NCBI RefSeq assembly: GCF_964194025.1
Contig: NC_134475.1
Coordinates: 50,096,001-50,160,000 of the forward strand
Direction: 5' to 3'
Source of the DNA: Convolutriloba macropyga
Taxonomy: Eukaryota
Length of the DNA: 64,000 bases
This document shows positions 50,201 to 62,066 of this stretch, piece after piece (the first letter of the stretch is position 1; the number at the start of each line of letters is the position of its first letter). The translations under genes and the position numbers were made by a program. The notes under the pieces were generated by a model. It saw only the letters and a program-made list of their open reading frames with translations. It searched no databases and was not told the DNA's origin.

Positions 50201-53200
50201 CGCATAATTTTGCAATGCAATTGGCAAGACTAATTGGCCTGTATTTTCGGCTTTCTTCATCTCGTTTTGCAGTTTTGGAAGCAAAGTTAATTTTGATTCT
50301 ATTCAAAGACATGAAACGTAGAGTTGTTGATTGAGCATGATATAATTACGCATATGAAAGCTTTAATGCTTATTTTGGTAGCTCCGTCAGTAGTTGATAG
50401 CTTACTTTGCTTGACCCGGGACATGATTTACTCGTGAGCTTCAAGATTCTACTTAACTCTTCAACCTTTAAAAAACAGTCCTTAGTTTTTTCATTTGGAT
50501 CGGCTTCTATTAGAAGTTAAATTTTTTGTTCTGTCTCATGAAAGAACTTCTTCAGCTCCTCATTTTCAAATTGGTGTTCCTTCAAAGTCTCACTAAGTAG
50601 GCATTTAAACGTTTCACAATTTCATGGTCAGTTACAACTACTTTGTTTTAAACGTTATTTGTATATCCGATCCCCTTGTCTGTTGGTTTATTGCTGCTGA
50701 AGATTTTAATTGCTCTCCGAAACAAACCCCTTAATGCCTGCTCGTTTCCTTGCGTCAATTAGCTTTCTGTTTTGTCTCTCATAAGAACGTTTCAAAGCGC
50801 TTCTAATTTCTTTTTGGAAGTTGGTTCACCTTCTCAAACGACAGAGACTGCCAACCTTTGCATTTTTTAGTTGCCTCCTTATCCTTTTCTTTTGCTTAAT
50901 CAGGTTGATTATCTCAGGATTAATTTGATGAGTCGGTTTATTTACATAGAATTGTTCGGTTGATTTGTGAAGTATTTCAATGAGGTTAAGGTTAACTTCA
51001 GTTCAGATTCTCGTTCAGATTCTCTTTGTTTGGATACTTTGGTGGGTTCAAGAAGGAACTTTTGTAATTGACTGTTGCATGCTTCTTAAACTTCTTGAAA
51101 TTGACTTTTGCTTTCAAATCGAACTGTATTAGAAGTTTCAGCCTCAATGTTGCTGAATGGTCACTGCCGAAATCTTGTGTGACTTGAAAATTGTCAACGT
51201 ATTTAAAGACTGAAAGGCCGCAGAAATGTAAATCAAGCATGCTCTGGCTCCTAAGATGATTTGATTGATAGATTTAAAAACCGATTTTCAATAGTTAAAA
51301 ACTTCCATCATCAAATATGTCCAGCAGTATTTCACTGTTTTCGGTGTTGTAGGTACAGTTGAGCTCTTGATGAGGAGAAACACAGATGAACAGGTTCTGG
51401 TGGTTGCTGAAAAATGTTTCATTTAAATTTAGGTCTTGATTGGTTGAAAGGTAAACATTGATTATCCAAAAGTTTCCAATGATTGGTGTTTCCCAGTTAA
51501 CACCGATTATCTCTAATGCTTGTCCGTTGTTGTTTTTCCTAGATATAATTGATCTGACCACTTTAACCCTTATCCCCTTCTTCGCCATGATAACAGAACA
51601 AAAAAACTGCTTGCCTTTCTTTGCAAAAAAAATTTTTTGCACGTACGAAACCTTTCTGTCATTTCTTGATTTCATTAAAACAGACAATGGCAATGTTTTC
51701 TTTCGTCAGAAACAAGGACAGTTCATAAATTTTGTTTGCTAAATCACGACATTTCCGTTTTAAAACTTTTAGATTGTCCATATTGAAGGTTGTGTTGGCT
51801 GCTAGACATTCAAATTTGTTGTGTTAACAGTTTGTATCTGGTTTTGTTTTCCTGATGATGCCGTGAATCTCTTGTCCATCTATTCTATCGTTGAATACTC
51901 TGGAGTCAATGTTGCTAACGATGCTGATTATATCACAACAGGGCATTGCATTGAATTGTTTCTAACTTTACTGAGAACTTCAGCAACTGGGGCATTATTT
52001 TTGCAGTGATCATTGAGTGAGCATTTTGAGTATCTTTCTTTGAAATGGAACCTGGGTATTTCGCTTTTTGATTCTGTTTATTTGCTTCGGACCCGGCGTT
52101 TTGATATGCGGGACAGGCCTCTATACACAGTTGCGTGTGAGCCACCACAGTTTGCACATATTACCTGTTCCTTTTTGATTCGTTGCAGCCTTTTACAGTG
52201 CGTTTGCCTGACATCGTAGACATCTCAATTCGCCTTTACAATCGCTTGCTGAATGACTAAACTTTTAGCATTTGATTCACTGTTTAATTAGAGGTGGTTC
52301 TTCACTTGGTTCGCAGCGATTAAGTACCCAGTCTATTTTAACGCCATGTTTTAATGAAGCTGTTAATTGTTTTGAACAATCAGTTATCACGCCAATCAGT
52401 TTCTTTGGTTTTCCTGTGGCCTTGTTTGTTATCCAATGCACCTTGATAACATTCATTGCATTGTTGTCGGGGAAGTTTCTATTTCACTTCGTTTTCTCGT
52501 ATGCTATAATGAACATTTATAATTACAAAACAGGGTTTATTCTCGATTTTTGGCAGAGTGTTTCTAGCGTTAATAGAAGTGTTTGGAAGAACAAATTGTA
52601 AACTTGAAGCGTTAATCAGACATTCTCTTGAATTTCGGTCTTCGGTTTGGATAGAGAAGTCATTGTTAATTGAAAGTTACCTGATGAAATGAATTTTGAG
52701 TTGAGGGAATTTGTTTTTCATCGAACGGGCAAAATAGACTTGTGTTGGTCTTGGATTAGTCGTTATTGTAACTGTTCTGATTGGTACAGAGTTGGTTTTA
52801 GGATAATTTCTAGTTCGCTTGCGTTTGTTTCTAACTTCAATGAAGTCTTGTTCATCTGTGATGTTTCGTCTGCAGTTTTGTGCTTCAGAGAGATGTACGC
52901 TTAACTGGCTCATTTCGGCCAGAGCCGTTTCGAGAACTTAGCAAATGGTGTCAGAAAGGCTGAATGTGAGCTTGGCTTTTGAAGATCGGAATTAAAATCG
53001 GAAAAGTAATCGAGAAAAGGGGATTTTAAACCTGAACCATTTTTCTACGAAAAATCTCTTTATAAAATCCTCACTCCCAAAGACATCGTGAGACAAAATT
53101 AATACGGCAAACATCGTGAGCCAATCTCTTATATGCTTTGGTTCTTATTTGATTCGGTTTAGCTTCATTGTCAGATTAACTTTCGTTAATCAATGCGTTG

Positions 53201-56200
53201 AGTAAAAATCTGAAAATGTTTGGGACTATTTTGTCTGGACTGTTTTGTCCGCTTTTTGAGACTGTTTTGTCTGGGACTAATTTGTCTGGGACTGTTTTGT
53301 CTGCGACTATTTTGCAATTTAGGAGTACTTTGTCTGGGGCTGTTTTGTCTGGGGCTGTTTTGTCTGGGACTGTTTTGTCCGGACACGGTTCTCTCCTACA
53401 AAGGATCAAAAATAGCCCCTCATTGACTTAACTAAGGCAATATTTCTCGTTGAGTCACTTCCACTAACTGACTATATAAAAAGACCAAAAAATGAAGTGC
53501 TGATACGCGCTACCACTGACTTTTTCCCTCAATAATCTTCTTTGAATCCTTGATTGAGGGATTTATATTAATGTTTACTCCAAATAACTTTGACCAATTG
53601 GTTATATCGAAAAAATGGCATCAGGAAAACTGTTTTACTTGTTTTCAGACGGGGTTTTCAACATTTCTCTGTAAAATGTCTCAATCAGGCTATCAGTGTA
53701 CACCACAGGCAACAAATGAGGAGTGGCTATTGTCACCAGAGTATCCGACAGGGAGCCATAGGAGTCCAGAGATCTTCCTATGAGGCCTCCAATTGAGTGG
53801 CCAATTAGTAAAATCTTCTTTGGCGTCTTGTACAAGGTTCTAATGCGCAGAATCGACGCCTCAGCGAAGGCCTAAAACAATTAGGCAAACTAACTGAGCT
53901 CAGTATTGTCTGTCCGAAACGCGAAGTTCCATTGAATGCGGTTCAATGGGGAACAAACATTAGATTTGAAATGGTCCACATGTTTCAGTACAATCTTTGA
54001 TTAATCTTTGAGCTTTCCTATGTTAACACACAAGTTTTTCTATGTCAAATACATCGATCAGCCAAAATTGATAGAACAAAAAACAAGTTTAGGATATAGT
54101 TTCTCCCAAAATTGCACTACGATGCTCAAATAGCCATTCCAACAATCAAAGTCAATTAACACAATCAAATAATCAGTTTTTTCCAGAACTAACTCGCGCT
54201 CTGAAGAGGTAGTGTCCGGAGAGTGCGAGAGACTCCTCGTTGAAATCTATGGTGAAGTAGTCGAAGTGGATGCCAGTGTGAACCAGTCCTCTGCTCTCTA
54301 TCATGTGAGTCAGAATGGAACTGATGGTCCTCCCCTGCTCGTGGAAGCCACAGTTGCCAGGAATGAAAAGGATTGGAACGCCTTTAAAGGACAGCGACAA
54401 TGTTTAAAGTAAACAAACAACTTACGTGGGACGAATTTCTCTGGAACCACTGAGGACATTGTAGTAGCTAGATTACGCTTAGAGAATCCTGTCTACGATT
54501 TCGAGCATCACTAAATACTCGAGGAAAGTTCAAGGCATCTTTCTTTTCAAGTTGCGTGTCGAGATTTCTGTTGTGAATGGCTCTATTGAACGCAACGCGT
54601 GAAAGCAATCAATTCTTTAATGGGTATTAATAATAATAATAATAAATTGTTCGTAGTGCCGTTGTCATAAAATATTAGCAAGAAAATACATACATTGTAC
54701 AAACACAATCGGTTACAATTGGTGACACTACAAGGTCGCCATTAAACCTATCTGGTTTGTTTTCAGGCGCCTAACGGAAGAGTTGTGCAATTTTAGTTGA
54801 AAGAATAATAAAAAAAGTGTTTAAAAATGAAAAGTTGTCCTAATCAGTAGAGATTAACTAAAGAAACTGTGTTTGTAGCTATCAAAAATTTTGCTCTAAT
54901 GAGCATGAAAGAGAGAATTATTGAGAAATTATATGAAATTGAGAATATAAGCATTGGGTAAAAATTCATTTAACCAGCTGCAGAATAATAGCAAAGCTCA
55001 CCGTTTAATGACTCTTTGCTGTTGTGAAATGAGAAGTTTTTGTGCATGTAGATCTTCTCAGTGAATAACTCTCCAGCCACGTACAGTTTGTAATCAGGGA
55101 ATTGTTCCTCAATCTCGTCAGACATCTCTATCTTGTAGTACGATTCCCAAACTGAAATTACAACCATCTACACTCAAAAAATCTGCACCTAAATTACTTG
55201 TTTGATACCCTCAAAAAAGAGGAAAATCGGAAAAAATCCTCATATAGAATTAAAAAAATTGAAAAGAGATGAATATCTCGAGCTCTGAGATCATTATGAT
55301 TATTATCAATTTCTGTCGTCTGTCTAGGTGAGCATAAAAGGATGTTACTAAGAAAAACGGTGGATATGATATTTTGAACAATGTAAGATTTTTGGCTGTT
55401 TTTTGGCAAAAAGGGACCAAAATTTCCAACTTCTCGATTCTTTTACTGGCTTTTAAATATATCAATAGTAAAAACATTCAAGTCACGTATTGAATTACAT
55501 ATTGTGCCACTGCCGATTGAATTTTTTTAAATCTTGTTGAATCTCTGGCAAAACAGGAGAGTGGATCCCTGTGAACATTGTCTACATTCACAATCATCAA
55601 GATTTACATTCACAGGCAATACAGAACACCACGTAAAGGTGTTTATTGATTTTTTGTAGAACGTATTACGATTAATTGTTTTGCTTTTAAAAGAAGCAGA
55701 GCAAACAAAAATGTGACCAGTTTTCATATTTTATAAATCTCAGCGAAAAGTTAACAAGACCATTACAGATTGCTTATCGTTTAGCAGTTCACTTATCGTT
55801 GAAATAAATCCAAAAACTCTTTTTACCACGCGTTAAAAAGTTTTGGATAAAACACGTGCTGACGCATTGAACTCAGAAAGACTAAAATTGTTGACTGTAT
55901 ACCTTGAACAGAAGACCTGAATTCGAAGAGGCAATAAACTTTTTAAAGTAAGCTTGCAGTTTTGCACAGTCGTGTAGGTACCAAGGATTTATCTCAGGAA
56001 AAGGCAGCGGTCAACCAATTATTAAAAAAAACAATCTGGTTATCTAGTCAAAATTGAGATCGACTCATTTTTAGAAAAAAGGAAACCCATTGAAATTTGA
56101 ATTGAAAGCTAATTATTGAGAGCAACCATATTTGATTCGTCTGATCTAATTTTCTCAAGATCATTGAAAACTATCCAACTCTTTAAGGATGTAAATTTTC

Positions 56201-59200
56201 CTGACGAATCAGCAATCTCAGAACAAGTGACTTCGCTGAAAGAATTGAGATACGTTGGATATTGATGTACCAAACAGGCTCATCGCAACTCTCTTGTTGA
56301 TTCCCTAAAAAGACCTTACCAGCCGCTTTGTTCATTCCTGTTATATACCAAAAATTGCTCTGGAATAACATCGCAGATTCAACTCTATTGAGCCATTTTA
56401 ACATTGAAGGGGCGCGGAATGCAATAAATTCACTAAGTGTCTGTACATAACGTTATTAGAGGTTATTATATACCACTTCAAAAGATCTAAAGTGAAACCA
56501 ACTCTCAAACATTGTTCATTTGACTTCTAGTAGTCAGCTTCCGCAAGTTGAGTTTAGCTGCTCGAAATTGACAAGCAGAGAATAATTTTGTTTTGACAAT
56601 AAACTCGAAAACTATTCAAGAAAGAGTTTAAAAAGTACGATCAAGCAACAATTTGGCAAAAAGACAAACGACAACACTACATAACGACGCAGAGGTATAC
56701 CGCCAAAAATTCTGTCTTAGTAAAAATTGCGCGCAAAATAGATACATAAAATGAACGAAATGATGAGACAAGCTTTCTATCGAATTTTTTGCAAAAAGGG
56801 TAACGCAATTTGAGATACTTTAAAAATGTATAATAGGTGACACGTCTTGTAGCACGTTTCTGCTCATATTAGGTATCTATTTTTTGTAAAAAAATTTGTC
56901 TCTAATTCGCAATATTTAAGAGCCTAAATAAAAGCGCGCTTCTGAGCATGCAAAAGTGAAATAAAGCTTTATCAATTGAGTACGCAAAAGTGATTCCAAG
57001 CGTTTACAGTGATATAAAGATAGAAATAACGACGCGAAAAAAATAAATCTATTTAGAACTTTGGTTTTTAGTGTTTTTTTAGTGGAAGTCATTTCTTATG
57101 TGATATACACCATTTTCATTTCCAGTACCATTCCAGCAGATTCACTACCAGGACGGAATCTTTAAGACGTCCCAATGAGATTGACAACTCATGGGCAAAC
57201 ATGAAATATTTAATCTTTTTATTTAAACATTAAAACCTGAGTATCAAATAAAACTGCCATTGTGATGTTTGTGTTGAACTGTTAATGTTTATAACATGCC
57301 ATTGAAAAATTGCATTAGTAAACCTCTGCTTCTGATTTTTTTTGAGATTTATTTAGAGACAGAGACAGAGAGAGAGAGAGAGAGAGAGAGGGGGGAGAGA
57401 GAGAGCAGAATGAAGATATTTTTCAGAAAAAAATCATTAGACAGCTTTGAATTTGTAAAAAGAACCAAAAATTAGTAGACACCTACAAACCTGTAATCAG
57501 GCGCAATAAAATGTTGATTCAAAAAAATACCCCTGTAAACCTGTAAAAAGACGAAAGAGACGTCGCGCAATGGAGAAATTTTTCAGAAAAAAAATAGGCA
57601 TCCAAAACAGACCCAGAATTGAGGGATTTTTAAGAAAAAAAGCTAGACAACTGTAAACCTGTAAATAGACGAAAAACTAATGATCAAACTCAAATTAACA
57701 GTTTATTTCCTCAATTCAAATGCAATTCACTTATTAAATCAAATTTAGCAAGAAAAAAAACATTAACCAATTCACATGGGATTTTATCACCGAAATTTCC
57801 CTCTGTACAATCTTATCTTGTTATGGATAATTAGGAGGAGTTATTAAGTTGCTGCAGGACAAACTTTCGTTTTATCGATAGAAAGTTACCTAATTTTTCT
57901 GATGAAATAGCCAATTCAACCATACAGCACAAAAGAGCAAAGAAAAATTTTAAAATGAGGGATTTATGAGAAACTAATTTATTTGCCAAATTTTTAAAAA
58001 AATTATTTCAAAACAATGATGCTTGAATACAAATAAAATCCTGAAAAAGCATGAAGGAATATTGAGGCGACAATCAAGATTATCAGCCAATTAATTTTGT
58101 CAATTAATTTTCTCAAAAATCCGTAAAAAGCTTTGGGTGATCCCAATTCCAATTCCCAACCTACAACTCACATCAAATAAAAATATTGTGATAAATTTGG
58201 GTCCCATATGGTATATTATTAACATGGAAACCACTTTTAAACACTTAATTGCTATCAATAAATAAACACGCATTAAATTAGGCTTAAATGCGGATTATAG
58301 ATACATTCAGTGCTAAAAATAGATACATTCAGTGCGAAATAGATTTACCGTGCGTGCGAAATCGAGATACATAAATCGAGCAGGTTTGTGATACGTAGCG
58401 CGCGAAAATAGGATACATAGCTTGTATCTCAAATTCGCGGCTAAAATTTGGAGACTTTTGCGAACACGGGTTGCGCAATTCCCTTCAACTTTGCCTGTTT
58501 TGCTTAAGTATATTTTTCGCAATATGTTGCTTTTTCAATGTATTAACATGGGAAAAACAAACAAGAGATACGTAGATCGGACAAATTTGCCCGTTACGAT
58601 TAGGGTATACCTCTGCGGCGTAATGTGAGTGCTTCAAAATTTGTTCATTTTTGCAAACATCAATTGACCCTTTCATTGAGTTTCATTCAACAGAACTGGC
58701 TTGTTTCTATCAATTGATAACAAAATTTTATATCTCTAGGAATTGATATCCCCTATTTGTAATAGTTACAACGCTGTCTTAATAGGTACTTCAGAACACC
58801 AATAATTCTAAAATCAGTCGCTTTTTACTAGGAACTTACAACAAACATTTGTTGACAAAATCTCTTAGTTTCAGAGCAATTGCTGTGAAACCAGTAGCTG
58901 CTAAAAGAGCACAATATGTAACCGCCAATTTTTAGCACTGAAGGTGGCTCACAATAAGTACAAGTTTTGAATAGCCAATTGTATTTGATTAAAATTGATG
59001 TTTAGACCCTATGTTCAGTATTCGGAAATTGCTGGATACATAGCTTGTATGTAGCTTGTAAGATAGAAAATACTTGACATAGCTTGTAAGATAAAAAATA
59101 CTTCGCTACTACTTAATTGCTTTTTTATTAGTTTTGTTGCATATTCACTTACCAGAAGTGGATGTGGCGCATTTATTCACATTTGATGTGAACTCTTTCC

Positions 59201-59432
59201 AATACAATATGGCCGATATCGCCACAGTCATTCCATAAATCACACAAACAGCAATCCCCAAGTGCCTCGCGATTGACCGCAGGTTCGATTGAACTATGTC
59301 CACCCTCGGTTTAAATTTCGGATACAAAGATGATAACCAAATCTCAAAAAAGAAGGATTTCATCATAATTGTCTGATATAGAGGTGAAGATGAATGAACA
59401 AGCGTGCGCTTTGTATCCGAACGACTAAACAT
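31470..59432 (-). CDS. PGAP1: GPI inositol-deacylase (PGAP1/Bst1 family), spliced gene span
   Basis: Exons 59153..59432, 55002..55151, 54194..54381, 53639..53871, 44714..44831, ~44290..44506, 38607..39185, 31470..32650. GT-AG phases are consistent except the 44.3k donor. Motifs: TM-NKC, GVPILFIPGNCG, FDYFTIDFNEE, GHSIGG, ATPH, GRRD, SADH, multi-TM C-terminus. Confidence 0.92.
32924..33450 (-). mobile_element. HINE family A copy 2 (one end; right boundary approximate)
   Basis: AAACATACCCGGCAGACGGCCGGAAAATAGCCGCCGTTGATTCC plus shared ~500-bp body. Confidence 0.75.
34383..34916 (-). mobile_element. HINE family A copy 3 (complete, ~534 bp)
   Basis: Hairpin CGGCAGATTGCCG plus subTIR AATAGCCGCC at left; AATAGCCG...GGCGGCTATTAA at right. 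Confidence 0.82.
35228..35272. repeat. (AT)n microsatellite
   Basis: Direct observation. Confidence 0.95.
35858..36270 (-). mobile_element. HINE family A copy 4 (one end); further fragments at 35170..35460
   Basis: Same left terminus and body; internal 24-bp duplication around TTTATGGGTTTATCCCGTTTC. Confidence 0.75.
38607..39185 (-). CDS. PGAP1: PGAP1 exon, luminal middle domain
   Basis: ttttag|GTG phase 0; GYLEVTGVQKSFHVFEVNVEAGC resembles the PGAP1 middle domain; GAA G|gttaca phase-1 donor fits the terminal exon. Confidence 0.75.
39754..41009 (-). mobile_element. older, diverged HINE family A relative(s)
   Basis: Left AAACATAGCCGCATTGCCGGAAAAAACCACC; right GATAGCCATTTGAGTAGCTGAGAGTGGCTCTTTAA. 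May be two fragments. Confidence 0.5.
41730..42190 (-). mobile_element. HINE family A copy 6 (one end, diverged)
   Basis: AAATACCTGGCATATTACCGGAAAATAACCGCCATTGATTCCC plus shared body. Confidence 0.7.
42876..43980 (-). mobile_element. HINE family A copy 7 (both ends, ~1.1 kb)
   Basis: CCGGCAGATTGCCGG hairpin at left; ATAATAGCCGGCTGAGAAGATGAGGGCGGCTATTAA at right. Confidence 0.82.
44045..44101. repeat. (CT)n/(CTCG)n compound microsatellite
   Basis: Direct observation. Confidence 0.9.
44290..44506 (-). CDS. PGAP1: PGAP1 exon carrying the catalytic His (3' boundary uncertain)
   Basis: tattag|GCA; AHQSADHVASSFCNSASIVISRMIFDWVD...VFNYHFIRNPG matches the family pattern STDH...C...FD...YHHFIRHP. 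Confidence 0.85.
44714..44831 (-). CDS. PGAP1: PGAP1 exon carrying the catalytic Asp (missed by the ORF track)
   Basis: gcttag|A TTT (phase 2) FLVSFAAGRRDFTVPGHLTRLP...EAIPK|gttagt (phase 0). Confidence 0.9.
45200..45560 (+). mobile_element. relic of an RLE-type (CRE-like) non-LTR retrotransposon
   Basis: CPLC ... DNLGTHAVACHGRGDA / HDKIRD (frameshifted) is the CCHC plus RH(D/N) motif that precedes a restriction-like endonuclease. Confidence 0.55.
46243..46415 (+). mobile_element. candidate tRNA-derived SINE / tRNA-like relic
   Basis: A-box-like TGCCGTAGTTGTTAG, B-box GGTTCGAGCCC (46289..46299) at tRNA spacing; no intact acceptor stem. Confidence 0.45.
47162..47860. repeat. tandem minisatellite, 5 units (121, 126, 123, 169, ~160 bp)
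   Basis: Units start at 47162, 47283, 47409, 47532 and 47701; near-identical with alternating variants. Confidence 0.95.
48286..53030 (-). mobile_element. near full-length decayed APE-type LINE (Jockey/I-group-like)
   Basis: ORF1 knuckle CANCGGSH...Y (~52100..52160); APE end GSDH (~51160); RT YRPISLANCIAKLCE, CLDIEKAFDVVW, GVHQGS, SADD; ORF2 C-terminus continues at 48338..48550 across the TRIM. Possible short TSD CCTGA. Confidence 0.88.
48571..49244 (+). mobile_element. TRIM (terminal-repeat retrotransposon in miniature), 674 bp
   Basis: LTRs 48571..48858 and 48956..49244 (TGTTAG...CTAACA); PBS GGTTATGGGCCCAG 48859..48872; PPT GAGGGGGAG ending 48955; 97-bp non-coding interior; 5-bp flanks ACTTC/TCTTC. 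Confidence 0.93.
53220..53387. repeat. 15-bp subterminal tandem array (GGGACTGTTTTGTCT) of the MULE
   Basis: Direct observation; degenerate inverted counterpart at 46103..46160. Confidence 0.85.
53639..53871 (-). CDS. PGAP1: PGAP1 exon carrying the nucleophile Ser
   Basis: ttttag|GCC; KKILLIGHSIGGLIGR...TIATPHLLPVV; AAC AA|gtaaaa. Confidence 0.93.
54194..54381 (-). CDS. PGAP1: PGAP1 exon 3
   Basis: GVPILFIPGNCGFHEQGRTISS...HFDYFTIDFNEESLALSG; phase-1 acceptor, phase-0 donor gttagt. Confidence 0.93.
55002..55151 (-). CDS. PGAP1: PGAP1 exon 2
   Basis: tttcag|TT TGG ... AAC G|gtgagc, 150 bp; YYKIEMSDEIEEQFPDYKLYVAGE matches the family pattern Y.KI......YP.Y.LY.YGE. Confidence 0.88.
55520..56000 (-). 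mobile_element. possible hAT transposase C-terminal relic
   Basis: VLPVN...CECRQCS loosely resembles the hAT dimerisation motif LPVTS..CERSFS; nothing else firm. Confidence 0.25.
56675..58631. mobile_element. candidate non-autonomous CACTA/CMC element
   Basis: CACTACATAACGACGCAGAGGTATACC at left and GGTATACCTCTGCGGCGTAATGTGAGTG at right (imperfect ~27-bp TIR); repeated subterminal AATAGATACAT motifs. No matching TSD. Confidence 0.55.
57355..57405. repeat. (GA)n microsatellite
   Basis: Direct observation. Confidence 0.9.
59153..59432 (-). CDS. PGAP1: PGAP1 first coding exon (signal-anchor TM)
   Basis: TM LGIAVCVIYGMTVAISAILYW then NKC; TCT G|gtaagt phase-1 donor fits exon 2. Which Met is the start is uncertain. 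Confidence 0.8.
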
Positions 59433-62066
59433 ACCGCGAGCATCTGCTGCGTACTACTTTACATAGTTTTGAGTTAATCAATGTTTTCACGTTGCCCGAG
59501 TTTCCCCCTTTCTCATGTGACGAATCATGATTATTCGGAACGGCACAGCCAGTCATGAAAACCTGAAACGCGACAGACCAACTCCAGCGTTTCTAGAAAA
59601 CTATTTTTTGTAAAACTTCTAGATTATCTCAATTGGCGATCATTTCCGTTATCATAGTCATGGTCTGTAATTGAAACGGAATCAGTTTAATGAATAGTCA
59701 ACACACAATTCATCTCAGGGGTATACCACACATGTTATTTCCCCACACAACCAACCTGATTTTTTTGCTAAAAGGAGAACTGTAAACAGTCCAAATTTGT
59801 AATTGTGAACAGCCCAACTGTTCGCCAAAATGTCGAAACCTGAGTAGTTGCCGACAGGGGACAATCTTTTTCTTGCTTCTATTTATACATTATCAAGCTT
59901 CGCTTTCAGCCAAACATTGCTAAATTGTGACAACTCGGTTATCGGTTGACACCACATCATTGGCAAGATTCATTTCCGTATTAAATGTACATGGGAGTAA
60001 TTTTTCTTATCCCTGCTTGAACAAAATTAAGAAATTGCTCCAAGGATCATGGAAAAGTCGATCAAATATCGATGTCCTTTTGCATTTCGTAATCTAATTT
60101 TTCTGCTTTATAAATATATTGATTTGGCTGTCGGTAAATATCTTAATTTCTTTTGTGCTGCCAAAAAACCAACAGTTCGATAAATTCAAGTCTTTTAAAA
60201 AGAAAAGATTGAATGGTGAAAACAAGGTCAGGGTTCTGAAGAACAAAATTACCACGTTGCGCCAAAAATTTGCCCGCGTGTAGTCGCGAAGAGACAACCA
60301 GGAATAAGTTAAGGAAATGTAATTATTCGCGGATGTCGATTTTTTTGGTTTTCAAAAAGACTTCAAAAGCAACGCAGCGACAAAGTCCTATTCAAAAAAC
60401 ATCAGAGAAAAACCATTTAATAACGCAGTGAAAGAGTATAACATTTTCTTCAATATCTCCACGATGACGGTATAATGGCTATATTTCGATAATGCTTAAA
60501 AGAGGAAGTACCAATGATTCATGATAAAATCTTGAAAGCGTTATTCTTGCTAACGAGTCAATTCTTTCACTTTAACTAAACATCTCAGCATGATTGTTCA
60601 AGTAAAAGAAGCTATTAAAACTGCCTGTCATTCACTCTACTCAGCATGGGATAACTGATATATGACGACCCACAGTGAAACATTTCTTGAGATATGAGTA
60701 ATTAACGTTCAATTTTCGTGCATTTGGCAATGCTGATGGTTACGGCCTTAAAGCCATATTAGTTATTCATATTCAGAACAAAGTTAACATCCCAAAGAGC
60801 TCAGTCAAATTAGACAGATTTACCTTCCCAGTCTTAAGTCAAACTTGAAAATTATCCAAGATTCACGCGGTTTGAGCTCAACTGTAATGGATGGACGAGT
60901 AATCTCCAAATAAAAACAAAAAACCTCGTTTCGATCAGCTTGAACATGACCTCACGCACGCAATTGAGCCAACAAATTGCATGAATGATTGATCAAAAGC
61001 TGATTTGAAGTGAGCCTGACATCGTAAGGTTGTATTGAAAATGTTACGAAGTGAAAAAACCAGTAGAAAACAATCGCAGCTACTAAAACGAAATAAGACC
61101 TAAGACAATTTTCACATTAAAATGCATTAACCTTCAATTAGAGTGAGATGCCGCAATTTCAGCTTAAATCATCATTTTTAAAGCCATGAAAAGTCTTTAG
61201 AGAGTGATGCAAATCTTCAGATTAAAAAAACTAATCGAGTTAGTAGGCTAAAAACTGAGCGTAGGAAATGACGTCACGCAAATAAAAGCAACACTTCTGC
61301 ACGCACGCGCAATCAAAACTGATCTTTTGAACGTTGGTGCGCAAAAATGCAAAACAACAAATGAGCATCAGAAGCCGAAGCACAACTTACAGCTTCGCAG
61401 CTATGAACAAAATCAGAAAACGGATAAAATTCAGCAAAACATTGAAAACAAAGTTTTAGCAAACGTAAATCTATGATCACTTTTATATTTCTGAGAATCA
61501 GCAAACCAATGAAAACGCAAAACAAGCCAAAAAACAAAATTACTAGCAGGAAAAACTTGGAGAATTGTTAAGAATCACCAAAAATTAGAACCTCTCAACC
61601 ATCCCGCAAAAAAATTTTCAGCCTGCTACTCATTTATGTTTTGGCAACTAACTTTTTCATTAATAAATTTCAAGTGAACGATTCATTCAAAATCATTTAT
61701 TGGAAAGATCTCTCAAAAAAATAGCAGCCGACTAAAAATTTGAATTGATTTTAGTATCAGATACACAGCAAAGCTGCATTAAAAATACTTGAAGCAAAAT
61801 CTAGGAAATTACCCAGCGGTATCGTGATAAAAGAAAAACAGCATCTATGCATCCAATCATGTCGAAAACAACATTATTCGACCTTATTCTATTTCATAAA
61901 AAGTGATTAGAACAAGATTAAATTTTAATGCCTTCAACTAATTAGGTGCAAATGAAAAAAAAAGTAAAAATACGCATTACCAGGTTTTCGTCACTTCGTA
62001 CAAAATACATTGGCTAGGAAATGGCCAAAAATACAGTTTACGGCAAAAAAGTATAAGTATCGTCAT

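Larger units (their letters stand above)
46103..53387 (-). mobile_element. Mutator-like (MULE) DNA transposon with 15-bp subterminal arrays, interrupted by nested insertions
   Basis: Inverted CAGACAAAACAGTCC arrays at both ends; 8-bp flanks GTTTTCTC/GTTCTCTC; transposase relic FAIERWN...YPRTNN.W...LVNTKHPSIPKLIEKFK at ~46620..46780 and GTLRSV at ~48050. Confidence 0.8.

Noticed and set aside
53176-53431. Four overlapping repeat ORFs (PDKTV / RQNSP)
   Set aside because: They are translations of the 15-bp MULE subterminal array.
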